From the IMG/VR virus record IMGVR_UViG_2974594660_000001, positions 1 to 64,000 of that record: 64,000 nt of DNA; one strand, given 5' to 3'. The notes beneath the pieces were generated by a model. The model did not search any database and was not told the DNA's origin. It worked only from the letters and a program-made list of their open reading frames with translations. Of the stretch, positions 19,228 through 28,880 are shown one piece after another. The translations under genes and the position numbers were made by a program. The stretch comes from a virus (Duplodnaviria; Heunggongvirae; Uroviricota; Caudoviricetes). Within the stretch, counting starts at the first letter, position 1. Each line of letters begins with the position of its first letter.

Positions 19228-19650
19228 TTATTTAATGAAATAATGATCTTTATATTTATGAATATCCTTTCCTTGTGCCCAGTAGGGTTTTATGTTCCCA
19301 CTGTAAAAGAATTTATATTCGTACTTTGGTTTATATCCAGGTTTTAGAGTCATTAGTGCAACTCTTCCTGCTGTTTGGAAGTTTTCTAGCTCACCGTAGT
19401 GCTTCAATCTTCCTCTCTCAAGAGTTTTATAATACTCCAAGAATCCTTTCTCGTCTCGGGTCTTTAATACTGTTGACCATGAAAACTGATTCTTTTGAAG
19501 TAGTACACCCATTACGTCATCTGGGAATCTTGGATCTTCAACCCTGTTATGAACTACATCAGCAACTCTGTGCATTCCATCAAAACCTTGATTTCCTGCT
19601 TCCATGTAGGTGTTCATTGTTAGTGCTAACCAGCATACTAAGAATTTCAA
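19228..19650 (-). CDS. SleB-like cell-wall hydrolase (possible secreted endolysin)
   Basis: N-terminal signal-like segment MKFLVCWLALTMN, then the Hydrolase_2/SleB-like block GMHRVADVVHNRVEDPRFPDDVMGVLLQKNQFSW. Confidence 0.5.
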   Translation of the reverse strand: MKFLVCWLALTMNTYMEAGNQGFDGMHRVADVVHNRVEDPRFPDDVMGVLLQKNQFSWSTVLKTRDEKGFLEYYKTLERGRLKHYGELENFQTAGRVALMTLKPGYKPKYEYKFFYSGNIKPYWAQGKDIHKYKDHYFIK

Positions 19651-19710
19651 AACATATAACTCCTTTTAATTAATATCACAAGAAGCCCATAAGACTTCTT
19701 AGGTTATTAA

Positions 19711-20004
19711 TTAACCCATCTTTATGTGGACAAAAATGGTCAACAGAGTACTTATTACTAATCCTGATATGGAGATCATTAACTCTGCTTCCCACAGTTT
19801 GCTACCAATTATTTCTCTCCACTTATATTCAGGTAACATTATTAGTGCTAATAGTGCGAACATCAATGTTGAAAATAAATACATAAATATTAAAAGATTA
19901 TCCCATCTATTTTTAATAGTATCTATGATATATGGAAAACATGTTAATATTAATAAGAATTCTGCTATTGGTATGAAAAGGATCGGTCTTTTAAATATAG
20001 ACAT
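19711..20004 (-). CDS. small multi-pass membrane protein (holin-like candidate)
   Basis: Three hydrophobic segments in 97 aa, adjacent to the hydrolase. Confidence 0.4.
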   Translation of the reverse strand: MSIFKRPILFIPIAEFLLILTCFPYIIDTIKNRWDNLLIFMYLFSTLMFALLALIMLPEYKWREIIGSKLWEAELMISISGLVISTLLTIFVHIKMG

Positions 20005-20375
20005 TAATATCTCCTAAGAATTACATCCACATTATACTTATCTTTAAATGAATCTTTGGCAGAGTACATATAATCAACAGCCGAAGAGTTATGTGAGTGT
20101 ATATAAATTGTTTTCAGATTATTAAGATTGTTAGAATATAAAAGGGCTTCAATTATCAGGAAAGCATCTTTCCCTTCAAAATCTTTTATACCTAAATCAT
20201 TATCTAAGGAGACTTCTTTTATTTCTTTCATGTGATTGTTGATACATTTCATGAAAGTGTCTCGATCATGTGCCCAGTATGTCTTGCCCGTAGATATTAC
20301 ATACTCAGGCGGTTTTCTATTATCATCAAGCCAAAGAAACATAAAAACCTCCAGTAAATTTAAGATAAGGTACAC
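20004..20375 (-). CDS. hypothetical protein
   Basis: 123 aa ORF. Confidence 0.35.
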   Translation of the reverse strand: MYLILNLLEVFMFLWLDDNRKPPEYVISTGKTYWAHDRDTFMKCINNHMKEIKEVSLDNDLGIKDFEGKDAFLIIEALLYSNNLNNLKTIYIHSHNSSAVDYMYSAKDSFKDKYNVDVILRRY

Positions 20376-20398
20376 ACTAGGTATACCTTAGGTTTAAA

Positions 20399-20614
20399 TC
20401 AACTGATAATTTTATACTTAGTGTTTCTTGTTTTAAGTATTAAATCACCATCTTCATCAGTCATTAAAGATTCAACTCTTGATGTAAGAACAGGGGTTCC
20501 ATCTTTGAATGGATGATTCCCGTGTGTTGATGTATCATTCTTAATTAATCCAGACACAACCCTTTCTTCAATAAAGAATGCTTCAATTTTTAATTCAGCA
20601 TTATACTTACTCAT
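20399..20614 (-). CDS. hypothetical small protein
   Basis: 71 aa ORF. Confidence 0.3.
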   Translation of the reverse strand: MSKYNAELKIEAFFIEERVVSGLIKNDTSTHGNHPFKDGTPVLTSRVESLMTDEDGDLILKTRNTKYKIIS

Positions 20615-20624
20615 AAGTACCTAC

Positions 20625-21563
20625 TTAGTTTTTACTTCGCATATCCATGATCATTTGACCATCATAGGTTGCACCAACAACTGTTTGTGGTACATCACCT
20701 TTATATGCCTTAGCACGTAACATATCAACATCTAATTGCTTCCATTTAAGCATCTCAGGTGTGATTGTTTGTTGTAAAGCTTTATTGGCTTCAGCCTCTT
20801 TCTGTGCTGCATATAACCGAGCATCTGCATCACGCTCATTAGCTTGGGCTTCATTATTACGAGCTTCACGTTCAGCTTCTGCCTGCTTAACTTTCTGTTG
20901 TGCAACGGCTTCTGCCTTTTTAAGGTTTGCAAGTTCGGCATTGACTTGTTCTTCACGAACCTTAGTATTAGTTACCTGTGTCATAATCACTTCGGGAAGT
21001 GTGATATCTTGCAGAAATACCTGCTTAACAGTGTAACCGTAAGGACGTGCATATTCCTCTACTTCCTGCTGGATTGCAATCTGCAACTCATTCTGAATTT
21101 TGGAATCAAACAAATCCTGTGCTTTAGGAACAGATTTACCGAATTCTCGGATTGTACTTAACAGCTTCTCTGTTACATAACGATCAAGCGCTTGGTCTTG
21201 ATTACCAGCATTGACTTTGTTTACAGGGGCTTTGTTACCATCAAACTGTAGCATTACAGTAATATCAACAGTAGATTTAAACTTATCTTGGGATGGGACT
21301 TGAAGTGCTTCAAACTTCATTGCAATATCTTTTGTACTAAAAGTATCATAGCTTGCAATTGGATTAACAAAATGAAAACCTGGGGTAATAATGTTTGGAT
21401 TGACCTTACCCAAGAATGTTTGAGTAACGACAGACCCATCTTGAACGACAATGTAAGAATTAAGACCAACGATAAGAATACCTAATCCAATGGCTAATTG
21501 AGTTAGGTATTTCTTTGGCTTTTCCATAACTTTTTCAATAAAATTCATATTTTCTTTTTTCAA
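20625..21563 (-). CDS. SPFH/band-7 (prohibitin/HflK-like) membrane protein
   Basis: N-terminal TM anchor, SPFH-like core (VVTQTFLGKVNPNIITPGFHFVNP...VDITVMLQFDG) and a C-terminal Ala/Glu/Gln-rich coiled coil. Confidence 0.6.
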   Translation of the reverse strand: MKKENMNFIEKVMEKPKKYLTQLAIGLGILIVGLNSYIVVQDGSVVTQTFLGKVNPNIITPGFHFVNPIASYDTFSTKDIAMKFEALQVPSQDKFKSTVDITVMLQFDGNKAPVNKVNAGNQDQALDRYVTEKLLSTIREFGKSVPKAQDLFDSKIQNELQIAIQQEVEEYARPYGYTVKQVFLQDITLPEVIMTQVTNTKVREEQVNAELANLKKAEAVAQQKVKQAEAEREARNNEAQANERDADARLYAAQKEAEANKALQQTITPEMLKWKQLDVDMLRAKAYKGDVPQTVVGATYDGQMIMDMRSKN

Positions 21564-21606
21564 AATTAAACCTTACTTTTAAGGGGAGGTAACTCCCCAT
21601 TGTTTT

Positions 21607-22851
21607 TTAGGAGAAGATTACATCAATCAGATCAATTTCTTTGGCTTGATCTAATCGTGCATATAAAGGCTGTCCAAACAATTCTAAATGAACTTCAATT
21701 GTATCCTTTTTAACTGATACAAAAGCTGGATCATCACTTCCAACATGGAAGGATAAAGAAAAGTGTTCCTTTTCATTTCCTTCATAATCCTTGTATCGAC
21801 GGTAATCCATTCCATTGTTTCTTACACATGGGATATCATCTAAATGATTTTCGATATCTGAATAAACCTTATAAGACTCTTCCCCATCTTTCAGTTCAAA
21901 AAACTCAGGATGGTTTTGTTTTGCAATTTTCAGGAGTGCTTCATTGTCAAAAGCAATATAGATTTGTTGTTTTCCTTTAGATACAACATGTGGAATCAGG
22001 TTATACTCACGATCATAACCTTTGACATTAATTCCACCAAGCGTTAGCTCTGTCATTTTATATTTCTTTTCAACACTGTCTAGTCGAATAGACAAACCCA
22101 TCATTTTAACAGAGTCAACAAAAGGTCGATCTGGGAAACGATTAACTTCTGCTGTTAGGTTTTGCAGAATATCAAAGTTCATGTTTGAGTTTTCAGACAT
22201 GATTTTAAAGTATTCAGCTTTTGTTTTATCATCCAATTTATCATTTAGATAATCTTGGATAATATCCCAACCTAAGTGGTCATATTTAAATGTATAGTGG
22301 ATACGATTAGGGCGATCAATCATATATTCACTTACACTTTTAACATTCGCTGATAATAAGAACACATTACCAGTGTTAATGCCACCATCCATGATTGTTA
22401 GTAAATCATTTTGCTGATCTTTATGTTGGTATTTCTTTTCAAATTCATCGATAAAGAATACCAAAGGTCGTCCAGCTAATTCAATCATGCTTGTGATTGT
22501 TGCTGCATCATAAGGTGCATCAAAGTGAATAACTGGGAACCCCATTTTACTTGCTAATTCATTATTTAAAATGTTTAGCATCATAGTTTTACCAGAGCCT
22601 TTCTCTCCAACAGCCAATACACCTGTGTTGTTTTGTGGAGAACGATCATGGATTGTTTTCATAACATCCATAACTTTAGCCGATGGATCACCGTAAATCT
22701 TGCTAGGAACACTTGGCTCAGACACCTTTTTAAAATAAGGAGGTGTTGTCATTGTCGCTGGAGAGTATGTGTAATGACCGCCCTCTAGTACTTCAAAACG
22801 TTTATCTGCATTCGAAGCTCTTGATACGATTCCATCTTTTTCTTGTAACAT
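21607..22851 (-). CDS. P-loop NTPase of unknown function
   Basis: Walker A GEKGSGKTMM and Walker B-like VFFIDEFE. Confidence 0.5.
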   Translation of the reverse strand: MLQEKDGIVSRASNADKRFEVLEGGHYTYSPATMTTPPYFKKVSEPSVPSKIYGDPSAKVMDVMKTIHDRSPQNNTGVLAVGEKGSGKTMMLNILNNELASKMGFPVIHFDAPYDAATITSMIELAGRPLVFFIDEFEKKYQHKDQQNDLLTIMDGGINTGNVFLLSANVKSVSEYMIDRPNRIHYTFKYDHLGWDIIQDYLNDKLDDKTKAEYFKIMSENSNMNFDILQNLTAEVNRFPDRPFVDSVKMMGLSIRLDSVEKKYKMTELTLGGINVKGYDREYNLIPHVVSKGKQQIYIAFDNEALLKIAKQNHPEFFELKDGEESYKVYSDIENHLDDIPCVRNNGMDYRRYKDYEGNEKEHFSLSFHVGSDDPAFVSVKKDTIEVHLELFGQPLYARLDQAKEIDLIDVIFS

Positions 22852-22855
22852 TTTG

Positions 22856-23983
22856 TTATCCTTTTACATTAACAACAGGTTTAATATAGTGTAAAACTTC
22901 TACAAGATCTTCTTGAAGTCTCATAACATCAAAAATATCTTTGTAGGCAAAAGGTGATTCATCTATCGTTGATTCACCAACAGTAGCACCTGGGATATCT
23001 TTCATAGACTCTTTAAAGGATTCTAGTGTTACCTCTTTCTTAGCCTTAGAACGACTCATAACACGACCAGCACCATGAGAGGAGCTGTTCATGCTTTCTG
23101 GATTACCTTTACCACGAACAATGAAACAACCATCACGCATATTTCCAGGAATAACTCCCATCATTCCTTCATCAGCATGTGTTGCTCCTTTTCGGTGAAT
23201 CCATAAATTATCTTTGAATTCAGCATGGTTATGGTTCCTATTAATAATAGAATTACCATCCATAGTGAACCCATTAACAGAGCATACACGCTGTGCAATA
23301 TATTCACGATTCGCCAGTGCAAACTGAAGACCATATTCTAAATCTAGGATATAATCTCTGCCCTCTTCAGAAGTCTCTAATAGATGGCATGCACTTTCAG
23401 CTTTCCCATCATCTCCAGAAGCCATTTTCATATAGAGAGATGCAATTCCATGACCAATAGAACGACTACCAGAGTGGATAGTCAACCAAACTTGATCTTC
23501 TTCATCATATCCAATTTCAATGAAATGATTTCCTCCACCAAGAGTTCCAATACAATTTGGAGCATGACCAAGGATATCATTAATTCTGCTGGAGTGCTTA
23601 GGTAGTAATTTTTGAGATAACCACTTACTTGCTTCTTGAAGATTTTCATTTTTAGAGAAACCTACAGGAACCACTGAAAATATTTTATCTCTGATAGTTT
23701 CAGCATTATTAATTAATTCTTCTTTTGTTACACCAAGAAGTTTTACAGAGAACATACCACATCCAATATCGTATCCAACAAATGATGGGTATATTGTCCC
23801 AGCTGTTGAGACAACTGCACCAATTGGAAGTACATATCCAGAGTGGGCGTCAGGCATTAATGCACCTTGGACTACATCAGGAAGTGACATAACATTAACA
23901 AATTGATCTATTGCACCTGATTCTAAATACTCTGCATAAATTTTATAAGGTTTATTTAATTCTTCTAGTTTTTTAAGTTTCAT
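22856..23983 (-). CDS. rtcB: RtcB-family RNA 3'-phosphate ligase
   Basis: MPDAHSGYVLPIG, GGGNHFIEIG, HSGSRSIGH and NHNHAEF match the conserved RtcB metal-binding and active-site motifs. Confidence 0.8.
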   Translation of the reverse strand: MKLKKLEELNKPYKIYAEYLESGAIDQFVNVMSLPDVVQGALMPDAHSGYVLPIGAVVSTAGTIYPSFVGYDIGCGMFSVKLLGVTKEELINNAETIRDKIFSVVPVGFSKNENLQEASKWLSQKLLPKHSSRINDILGHAPNCIGTLGGGNHFIEIGYDEEDQVWLTIHSGSRSIGHGIASLYMKMASGDDGKAESACHLLETSEEGRDYILDLEYGLQFALANREYIAQRVCSVNGFTMDGNSIINRNHNHAEFKDNLWIHRKGATHADEGMMGVIPGNMRDGCFIVRGKGNPESMNSSSHGAGRVMSRSKAKKEVTLESFKESMKDIPGATVGESTIDESPFAYKDIFDVMRLQEDLVEVLHYIKPVVNVKG

Positions 23984-24195
23984 TATAAATCTTTTATGAT
24001 TAGTTCTGAAGATTTCAGTTCTACACGATCTTCTGGGTGAAAATAAGCAGGTTTCATATCTGTAATTGATATAGCATTTATTGTATGGTTTATAGTAATT
24101 TTCAAATAAACTTTATCTTTGAATAGGAAGACATCACCATATCTTAATACAGTGAATTCTTTTAATTGTTTATCTTTGTCAAATTTAATTTTCAT
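23983..24195 (-). CDS. hypothetical small protein, tandem paralog
   Basis: Shares the FGDxFxFKxxxYLKI...MFHP pattern with ORF 24192..24425. Confidence 0.35.
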   Translation of the reverse strand: MKIKFDKDKQLKEFTVLRYGDVFLFKDKVYLKITINHTINAISITDMKPAYFHPEDRVELKSSELIIKDL

Positions 24196-24425
24196 CTTAT
24201 CACCAGTACTGTTGTCTTCACTTTTTCTACATGTGTATTCGTTGGGTGGAACATTGCTAATCTATTTTCAGATAAGTTAACTGAATTGATATTATCTTCT
24301 ACAACGTCCTTTATTTTTAAATAAATATTACCTTTAAACTGAAAAGTATCACCAAAATTTAAATCACAAAACTTTACAAACTTCCGACCTTTCTCAGTTA
24401 TTTCAATATTCATTTTAGACCTCAT
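24192..24425 (-). CDS. hypothetical small protein, tandem paralog
   Basis: See 23983..24195. Confidence 0.35.
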   Translation of the reverse strand: MRSKMNIEITEKGRKFVKFCDLNFGDTFQFKGNIYLKIKDVVEDNINSVNLSENRLAMFHPTNTHVEKVKTTVLVIR

Positions 24426-24699
24426 AAAAAGAGTTTGAGATTATAATTTCAACAGATTCTAATCTTTGGAAATAATCATGGCTCCAGAAGTTTGCTACTG
24501 GTTGAACCGAGCCATCATCTAATTCAACATCAATAGTACTATCCCTATGGCTTGAATTAACAACAGCGTCAAAAGCTTTCTTAGCTTTACTGAAATCTGA
24601 CCACACATAAGGTAGTGTATCATAGTCTTTATATGTGTTGAAAGAGTTTCCATCTTCGTAACACACTTTTACTTCAAACTTTGGTATTATGTCACTCAT
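24415..24699 (-). CDS. hypothetical protein
   Basis: 94 aa ORF. Confidence 0.35.
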   Translation of the reverse strand: MSDIIPKFEVKVCYEDGNSFNTYKDYDTLPYVWSDFSKAKKAFDAVVNSSHRDSTIDVELDDGSVQPVANFWSHDYFQRLESVEIIISNSFYEV

Positions 24700-24967
24700 A
24701 GCATTTTAACTCAACAATATTATCTTTATTAACCCATCCACCAACAATTTTTAAGTTCATATTATTGTGTGCATACCTGTATGTAGTTTTGTAAGAGGTT
24801 TCTCTCATTTTATCAAACTTTACATACACATATTTTGGTTTTCCTGTGTATGGAAGATCATAAACAACAAACTGTCCATCACAATTAACACTTCTAGAAT
24901 TATCTAGGTTTGGAAAAGAGTTGCAACCACAAAGAACCATTGTCAATACTAATAGTAGTTTCTTCAT
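24692..24967 (-). CDS. putative lipoprotein
   Basis: MKKLLLVLTMVLCGCNS is a signal peptidase II lipobox. Confidence 0.45.
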   Translation of the reverse strand: MKKLLLVLTMVLCGCNSFPNLDNSRSVNCDGQFVVYDLPYTGKPKYVYVKFDKMRETSYKTTYRYAHNNMNLKIVGGWVNKDNIVELKCYE

Positions 24968-25093
24968 AATAACTCACTTTGTTTGTGGAGAATGGTGGAT
25001 TCCAACCACCCACCCCACCTTGGGTAGCGAACTATCGGATGTTTGATAGACATACGCCCAAGGTAGAGTTGCCGCATGCATCCCCATAGAATT

Positions 25094-25168
25094 GGCACCC
25101 TGTACAGGATTCGAACCTGTGACCTACGATTTAGAAGATCGTTGCTCTCTCCACTGAGCTAACAAGGT
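25094..25168 (-). tRNA. tRNA-Arg (anticodon TCT)
   Basis: Cloverleaf read off the minus strand: acceptor ACCTTGT/ACAGGGT, T-arm ACAGGTTCGAATCCTGT, anticodon loop CTTCTAA, and encoded CCA. Confidence 0.75.
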
Positions 25169-25175
25169 TAATTGG

Positions 25176-25249
25176 TGGCCCTTGCTGGACTTGAACCAGC
25201 GACCAATCAGTTATGAGCTGATCGCTCTAACCATCTGAGCTAAAGGGCC
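25176..25249 (-). tRNA. tRNA-Met or tRNA-Ile2 (anticodon CAT)
   Basis: GGCCCTTTAGCTCAGATGG... with anticodon loop CTCATAA, T-arm TGGTTCAAGTCCAGC, and encoded CCA. Confidence 0.75.
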
Positions 25250-25255
25250 ATTTTA

Positions 25256-25486
25256 TTAACAGGATTCATCACAAGGTGCATCACCGCATGTTTCACAAAC
25301 TACTTTTGAATAGAAACACCCCTCTACTGAATCCCCGTCTAAAGTATCTACACCACAATCAGGGCAAACACCATTAGGTTTACTTCCATCACTTAAAAGG
25401 TTCCAACCATCACAACAAGCCATACTATATACCTTATGAAAAATAAACAACACACTTACAATATGGACATTTCTTTTCCATAACAT
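25256..25486 (-). CDS. small Cys-rich protein
   Basis: 76 aa with ten Cys, including CPDCG and CETCG pairs. Confidence 0.35.
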   Translation of the reverse strand: MLWKRNVHIVSVLFIFHKVYSMACCDGWNLLSDGSKPNGVCPDCGVDTLDGDSVEGCFYSKVVCETCGDAPCDESC

Positions 25487-25558
25487 CTTTGTGTCTTTTG
25501 TTCCTTGTTAATTCAATTTTATTGATATCATAAACTTTCAAGCATCTATAACATAGTT

Positions 25559-26089
25559 TCATAATAACCAGCCATATCTATCATCTGGTGATTTATTATA
25601 ATCCCGTTTCAAAATATCCACAGACTCATCATCAATAGAATATGTTTTATTTTTACCATTTATAAAACATATCTGAATAAGCTTCTGTATTTCTGAATAA
25701 TTAATAACTATGCCATATTCATTCTCGATGTGTACAGAGTCGCCTAATAATAAATCTTTGAAGCTTTTTACTTTAGAATATAGACTTATATAATCTGAAC
25801 ATACATCTGACTCTAAATGCTCTGGTATATTTATTTTTAGTCCATCTTCATTTTTATTAATGGAGTTATTAATATAGTGAAACATTTCTAGTGTTGCACC
25901 ATTTTTAATTGATTTTGAAGTCAATTCTTCTGGTGAAACATAATCTAAAACACCATCAATTTTACTTTCTACGAGAAGACAATGTGCAATATCTGATTCA
26001 TTATGTTCAAATATTAACTTCTGTAACAATTCAACGTTTCTCATTGAGATCTCCTTTTTCTTCACACTCATCAGATAATATTGTACCAC
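25559..26089 (-). CDS. hypothetical protein
   Basis: 176 aa ORF. Confidence 0.4.
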   Translation of the reverse strand: MVQYYLMSVKKKEISMRNVELLQKLIFEHNESDIAHCLLVESKIDGVLDYVSPEELTSKSIKNGATLEMFHYINNSINKNEDGLKINIPEHLESDVCSDYISLYSKVKSFKDLLLGDSVHIENEYGIVINYSEIQKLIQICFINGKNKTYSIDDESVDILKRDYNKSPDDRYGWLL

Positions 26090-26261
26090 CAGAAATTACA
26101 ATTAAAACAAATGCTAAGAAACCCCAAATAATACCACCTATTGGGTATACCAAATATAGTTGCTCTCCTCTAAAACCAATATCATACCTTAGTTTTACAA
26201 AGAATGTGCAAATAATAATTGTTAATATCATAGATAAGATAATCCATGTTCTTTTTTTCAT
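26031..26261 (-). CDS. small membrane protein
   Basis: Two hydrophobic helices in 76 aa. Confidence 0.3.
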   Translation of the reverse strand: MKKRTWIILSMILTIIICTFFVKLRYDIGFRGEQLYLVYPIGGIIWGFLAFVLIVISGGTILSDECEEKGDLNEKR

Positions 26262-26276
26262 ATTATACCTTTTATC

Positions 26277-26348
26277 GCTCCGTGTAGGAATCGAACCTAC
26301 AACTATCTCTTAGGAGGAGATTATTATATCCATTTAACTAACAGAGCA
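26277..26348 (-). tRNA. tRNA-Arg (anticodon CCT), no encoded CCA
   Basis: GCTCTGT acceptor, anticodon arm ATCTC-CTCCTAA-GAGAT, T-arm GTAGGTTCGATTCCTAC. Confidence 0.6.
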
Positions 26349-26352
26349 TCGA

Positions 26353-26568
26353 TTATTTTTTAAAAAATGGATGTGCAACTGCAATAGTCCAACCAATCGT
26401 CACAGTAGTCATAACTATATAAAACAATGTTGCCTCATTGTCACCAATTTGAGTATAACGACCTAAGTTATATGACTGAACCGCTGTGATTAAAACAGCT
26501 ACAAATGTTTTAAACATAATTAACTCCAGTAAAAAGGTAGCACCTAAGTGCCACCTATCACTTATCAA
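26353..26568 (-). CDS. small membrane protein
   Basis: 71 aa with two TM helices. Confidence 0.3.
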   Translation of the reverse strand: MISDRWHLGATFLLELIMFKTFVAVLITAVQSYNLGRYTQIGDNEATLFYIVMTTVTIGWTIAVAHPFFKK

Positions 26569-27221
26569 TAATTACGGAGAACTGTTCGGGTTAAGTCGGT
26601 TAATGTTTTATCAGTAGTATTTTCACCAATAACAGTAACTTCCCAACCAGAACCAGTTCGATCAAGTCGAGCAAGAATAGCGCATTCTTTTCCTGCGAAC
26701 TTCTTGTCATTTTCCATGTTAAACTCAGCAATCTTCATACCTTTTCCGTCTTTAACAAGACCATCATAGATGTTAATTCCAATATATGGAATCTCATCAA
26801 ACTTCTGATGTGAGTATGAATTCAGAACTGCATACATATGCTTAACATTACTTGGAACTTTCAGACCTTTGATAGTGATGATTTCATTATCCATTCCATC
26901 ATCTTCATCATCGCCTGAACGATCATCGCCAGTGTGAGTTACAGAGCCACACGAGGAACGTAACTTGCCAAAGTAAACAATGTCAACTTTCTTTTTATCA
27001 CCATCAGCTAAGATTAATGATAAGTCCAAATCAACATCTTCTAAGATAGCTTTCTCTGCACCAACAAAAGATAAAGCTTTACCTAATAAACCAGAAGCTT
27101 TTGATGTTCCAGCACGATTGATTTTACCCCAGTTAACACCAAAGGAGATATCAATAACTGGTGTACCTTTCTCGTTTAAAAGGCGAGTTGTTTCATTTTT
27201 ATTTAATACTAAAGTTGACAT
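26565..27221 (-). CDS. TerD-domain protein
   Basis: GVNWGK, DLDLSLIL and GDDRSGDDEDDGMDNEIITI resemble TerD calcium-binding motifs. Confidence 0.6.
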   Translation of the reverse strand: MSTLVLNKNETTRLLNEKGTPVIDISFGVNWGKINRAGTSKASGLLGKALSFVGAEKAILEDVDLDLSLILADGDKKKVDIVYFGKLRSSCGSVTHTGDDRSGDDEDDGMDNEIITIKGLKVPSNVKHMYAVLNSYSHQKFDEIPYIGINIYDGLVKDGKGMKIAEFNMENDKKFAGKECAILARLDRTGSGWEVTVIGENTTDKTLTDLTRTVLRNY

Positions 27222-27230
27222 TATTTATCC

Positions 27231-28880
27231 TTAAATATAGAGCTTTAAATTATTTTTAATACGAGATTCAATCTCAGACCAATCAGTTGTTGTTACTTCA
27301 CCATCCTTAAAAATGGTTAACAGTGAAGTGTTCTCTTCTTCTTCAACTGTTGCTTTGTCCTTGAATTTCAGGACTCCATCTTCATAGTAATGGTAAATGA
27401 GACCAGTTAATGATTTCTTACCAGGATCAGTAATTGGATCTTTCATTACTTCACGTGCTTCACCATTAACAACACCGTATGTTGCTTTGATTGCAAAACC
27501 AAAGGTATCACGGGTAATGTACTGATATGTGAATGCACCTACACCAAATACTACCGCAGACGATGCATATCCTTTATCATGTAAACGTTCCATGATTTCA
27601 TTAGCACGCTGTTTAGTGATTGAATCACCATAAAGAACGCCAACATGTGGATCAAGAACTTTGAAACCTTTTGAGTTTACAGAGTGACCAAAGATTTCAT
27701 CAAGTAACTGAACAACACCCTTCATTTCTGGAGTTAGTTTATCAATTTGAGACCATTTGAAATCAAATCCAACATCTTTATCTTCTAAATAAGATGCAAT
27801 ATATTTCTTCCCATTGATGGTTTCAATAATGAAATCGGTAATTTCTCGATCATAACGCTGACATAAAATATCATGAACATCATCAACAGTGTGATAATCA
27901 AGTTTTGTAACGTTACAGCAAATAACTGGCAAACCGCAAAGAATATCAGCTGGATCACCTGAATCAGGACGTGTTACCACTTTACCATCTCTGGAAAGAA
28001 TGACATCTTTTAACTCACGTAAGATATTATCAACATGGTTCCATGTATCCCAAGTATCATTTACGATTGATACAATACCTGTTGGCGTTGTTTCTGTGAT
28101 AAGACGACGAACAGTATCAAGTTCACCATCTTTCATCCCCATGCACATTACAGAGTGTTCTGTTGCATCTACCGAACCACCACGTTCTGTTTTGTAAACG
28201 TGCTCAAACATCTCACGACCAAAAACAGAATCAGTACCTTGGAACACAGATAAATGAGCCATGCCAGCAATTGCTGATGCATAGATACCATAGTCACCAC
28301 GACTACTGAAATCATGACCTTGCCAATCAACATGTGAGTTATCATCACAATTTCGAATTGCCCATTGTTCACAGAGTAATCGGAAATGGAATGCTGTTGT
28401 TGCAGAAGTGATGATAGGCCACATCTCTGCACTGATTAAGGTTTCAAGATAATTAACAAGCCAGAAGAAATCTGGATGAGTATTCTTGATGGTTAACATT
28501 GGTGTTCCAACATCAACAACCTCACCCTCTGGAACAACTTTAATTTCCAGTGGCAGATACCCAAGTTTATGAAGCGCCTTAATTCGACTTATATCGTAAT
28601 CTTTACCTAAGTAACGATCAACAGAACGTTTCATTTCTTCGCAGATGCTTTCATCTTTTTGGAAGAATTCAGAATCAAATTCTTCTTTAATCCAATTAAC
28701 AACAAAAGCTTGGAAGCCAAAGCTGAGGATTTTTGGATCATCAGTTACTTGTCTTTCTGAAAAACGTCTTGCATTACGTGGAACAAAGTTGCCATAAATA
28801 AGGCTTGTACCCTCTGGGTATTGATTTGCATGGGCTAGTTTATAACCATCAATTGCAAAAATAGGAGAAAGTCTTTTCAT
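27231..28880 (-). CDS. nadV: nicotinamide phosphoribosyltransferase (NAMPT/NadV)
   Basis: 549 aa. N-terminal AIDGYKLAHANQYPEGT and the overall length and motif pattern are typical of NAMPT-family type II PRTases. Confidence 0.8.
   Translation of the reverse strand: MKRLSPIFAIDGYKLAHANQYPEGTSLIYGNFVPRNARRFSERQVTDDPKILSFGFQAFVVNWIKEEFDSEFFQKDESICEEMKRSVDRYLGKDYDISRIKALHKLGYLPLEIKVVPEGEVVDVGTPMLTIKNTHPDFFWLVNYLETLISAEMWPIITSATTAFHFRLLCEQWAIRNCDDNSHVDWQGHDFSSRGDYGIYASAIAGMAHLSVFQGTDSVFGREMFEHVYKTERGGSVDATEHSVMCMGMKDGELDTVRRLITETTPTGIVSIVNDTWDTWNHVDNILRELKDVILSRDGKVVTRPDSGDPADILCGLPVICCNVTKLDYHTVDDVHDILCQRYDREITDFIIETINGKKYIASYLEDKDVGFDFKWSQIDKLTPEMKGVVQLLDEIFGHSVNSKGFKVLDPHVGVLYGDSITKQRANEIMERLHDKGYASSAVVFGVGAFTYQYITRDTFGFAIKATYGVVNGEAREVMKDPITDPGKKSLTGLIYHYYEDGVLKFKDKATVEEEENTSLLTIFKDGEVTTTDWSEIESRIKNNLKLYI

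Noticed and set aside
20732-21161. Three ORFs antisense to or overlapping the SPFH gene
   Set aside because: They lie in the Ala/Gln/Glu coiled-coil region, which is open in multiple frames. They have no RBS, and the SPFH frame is clearly genuine.
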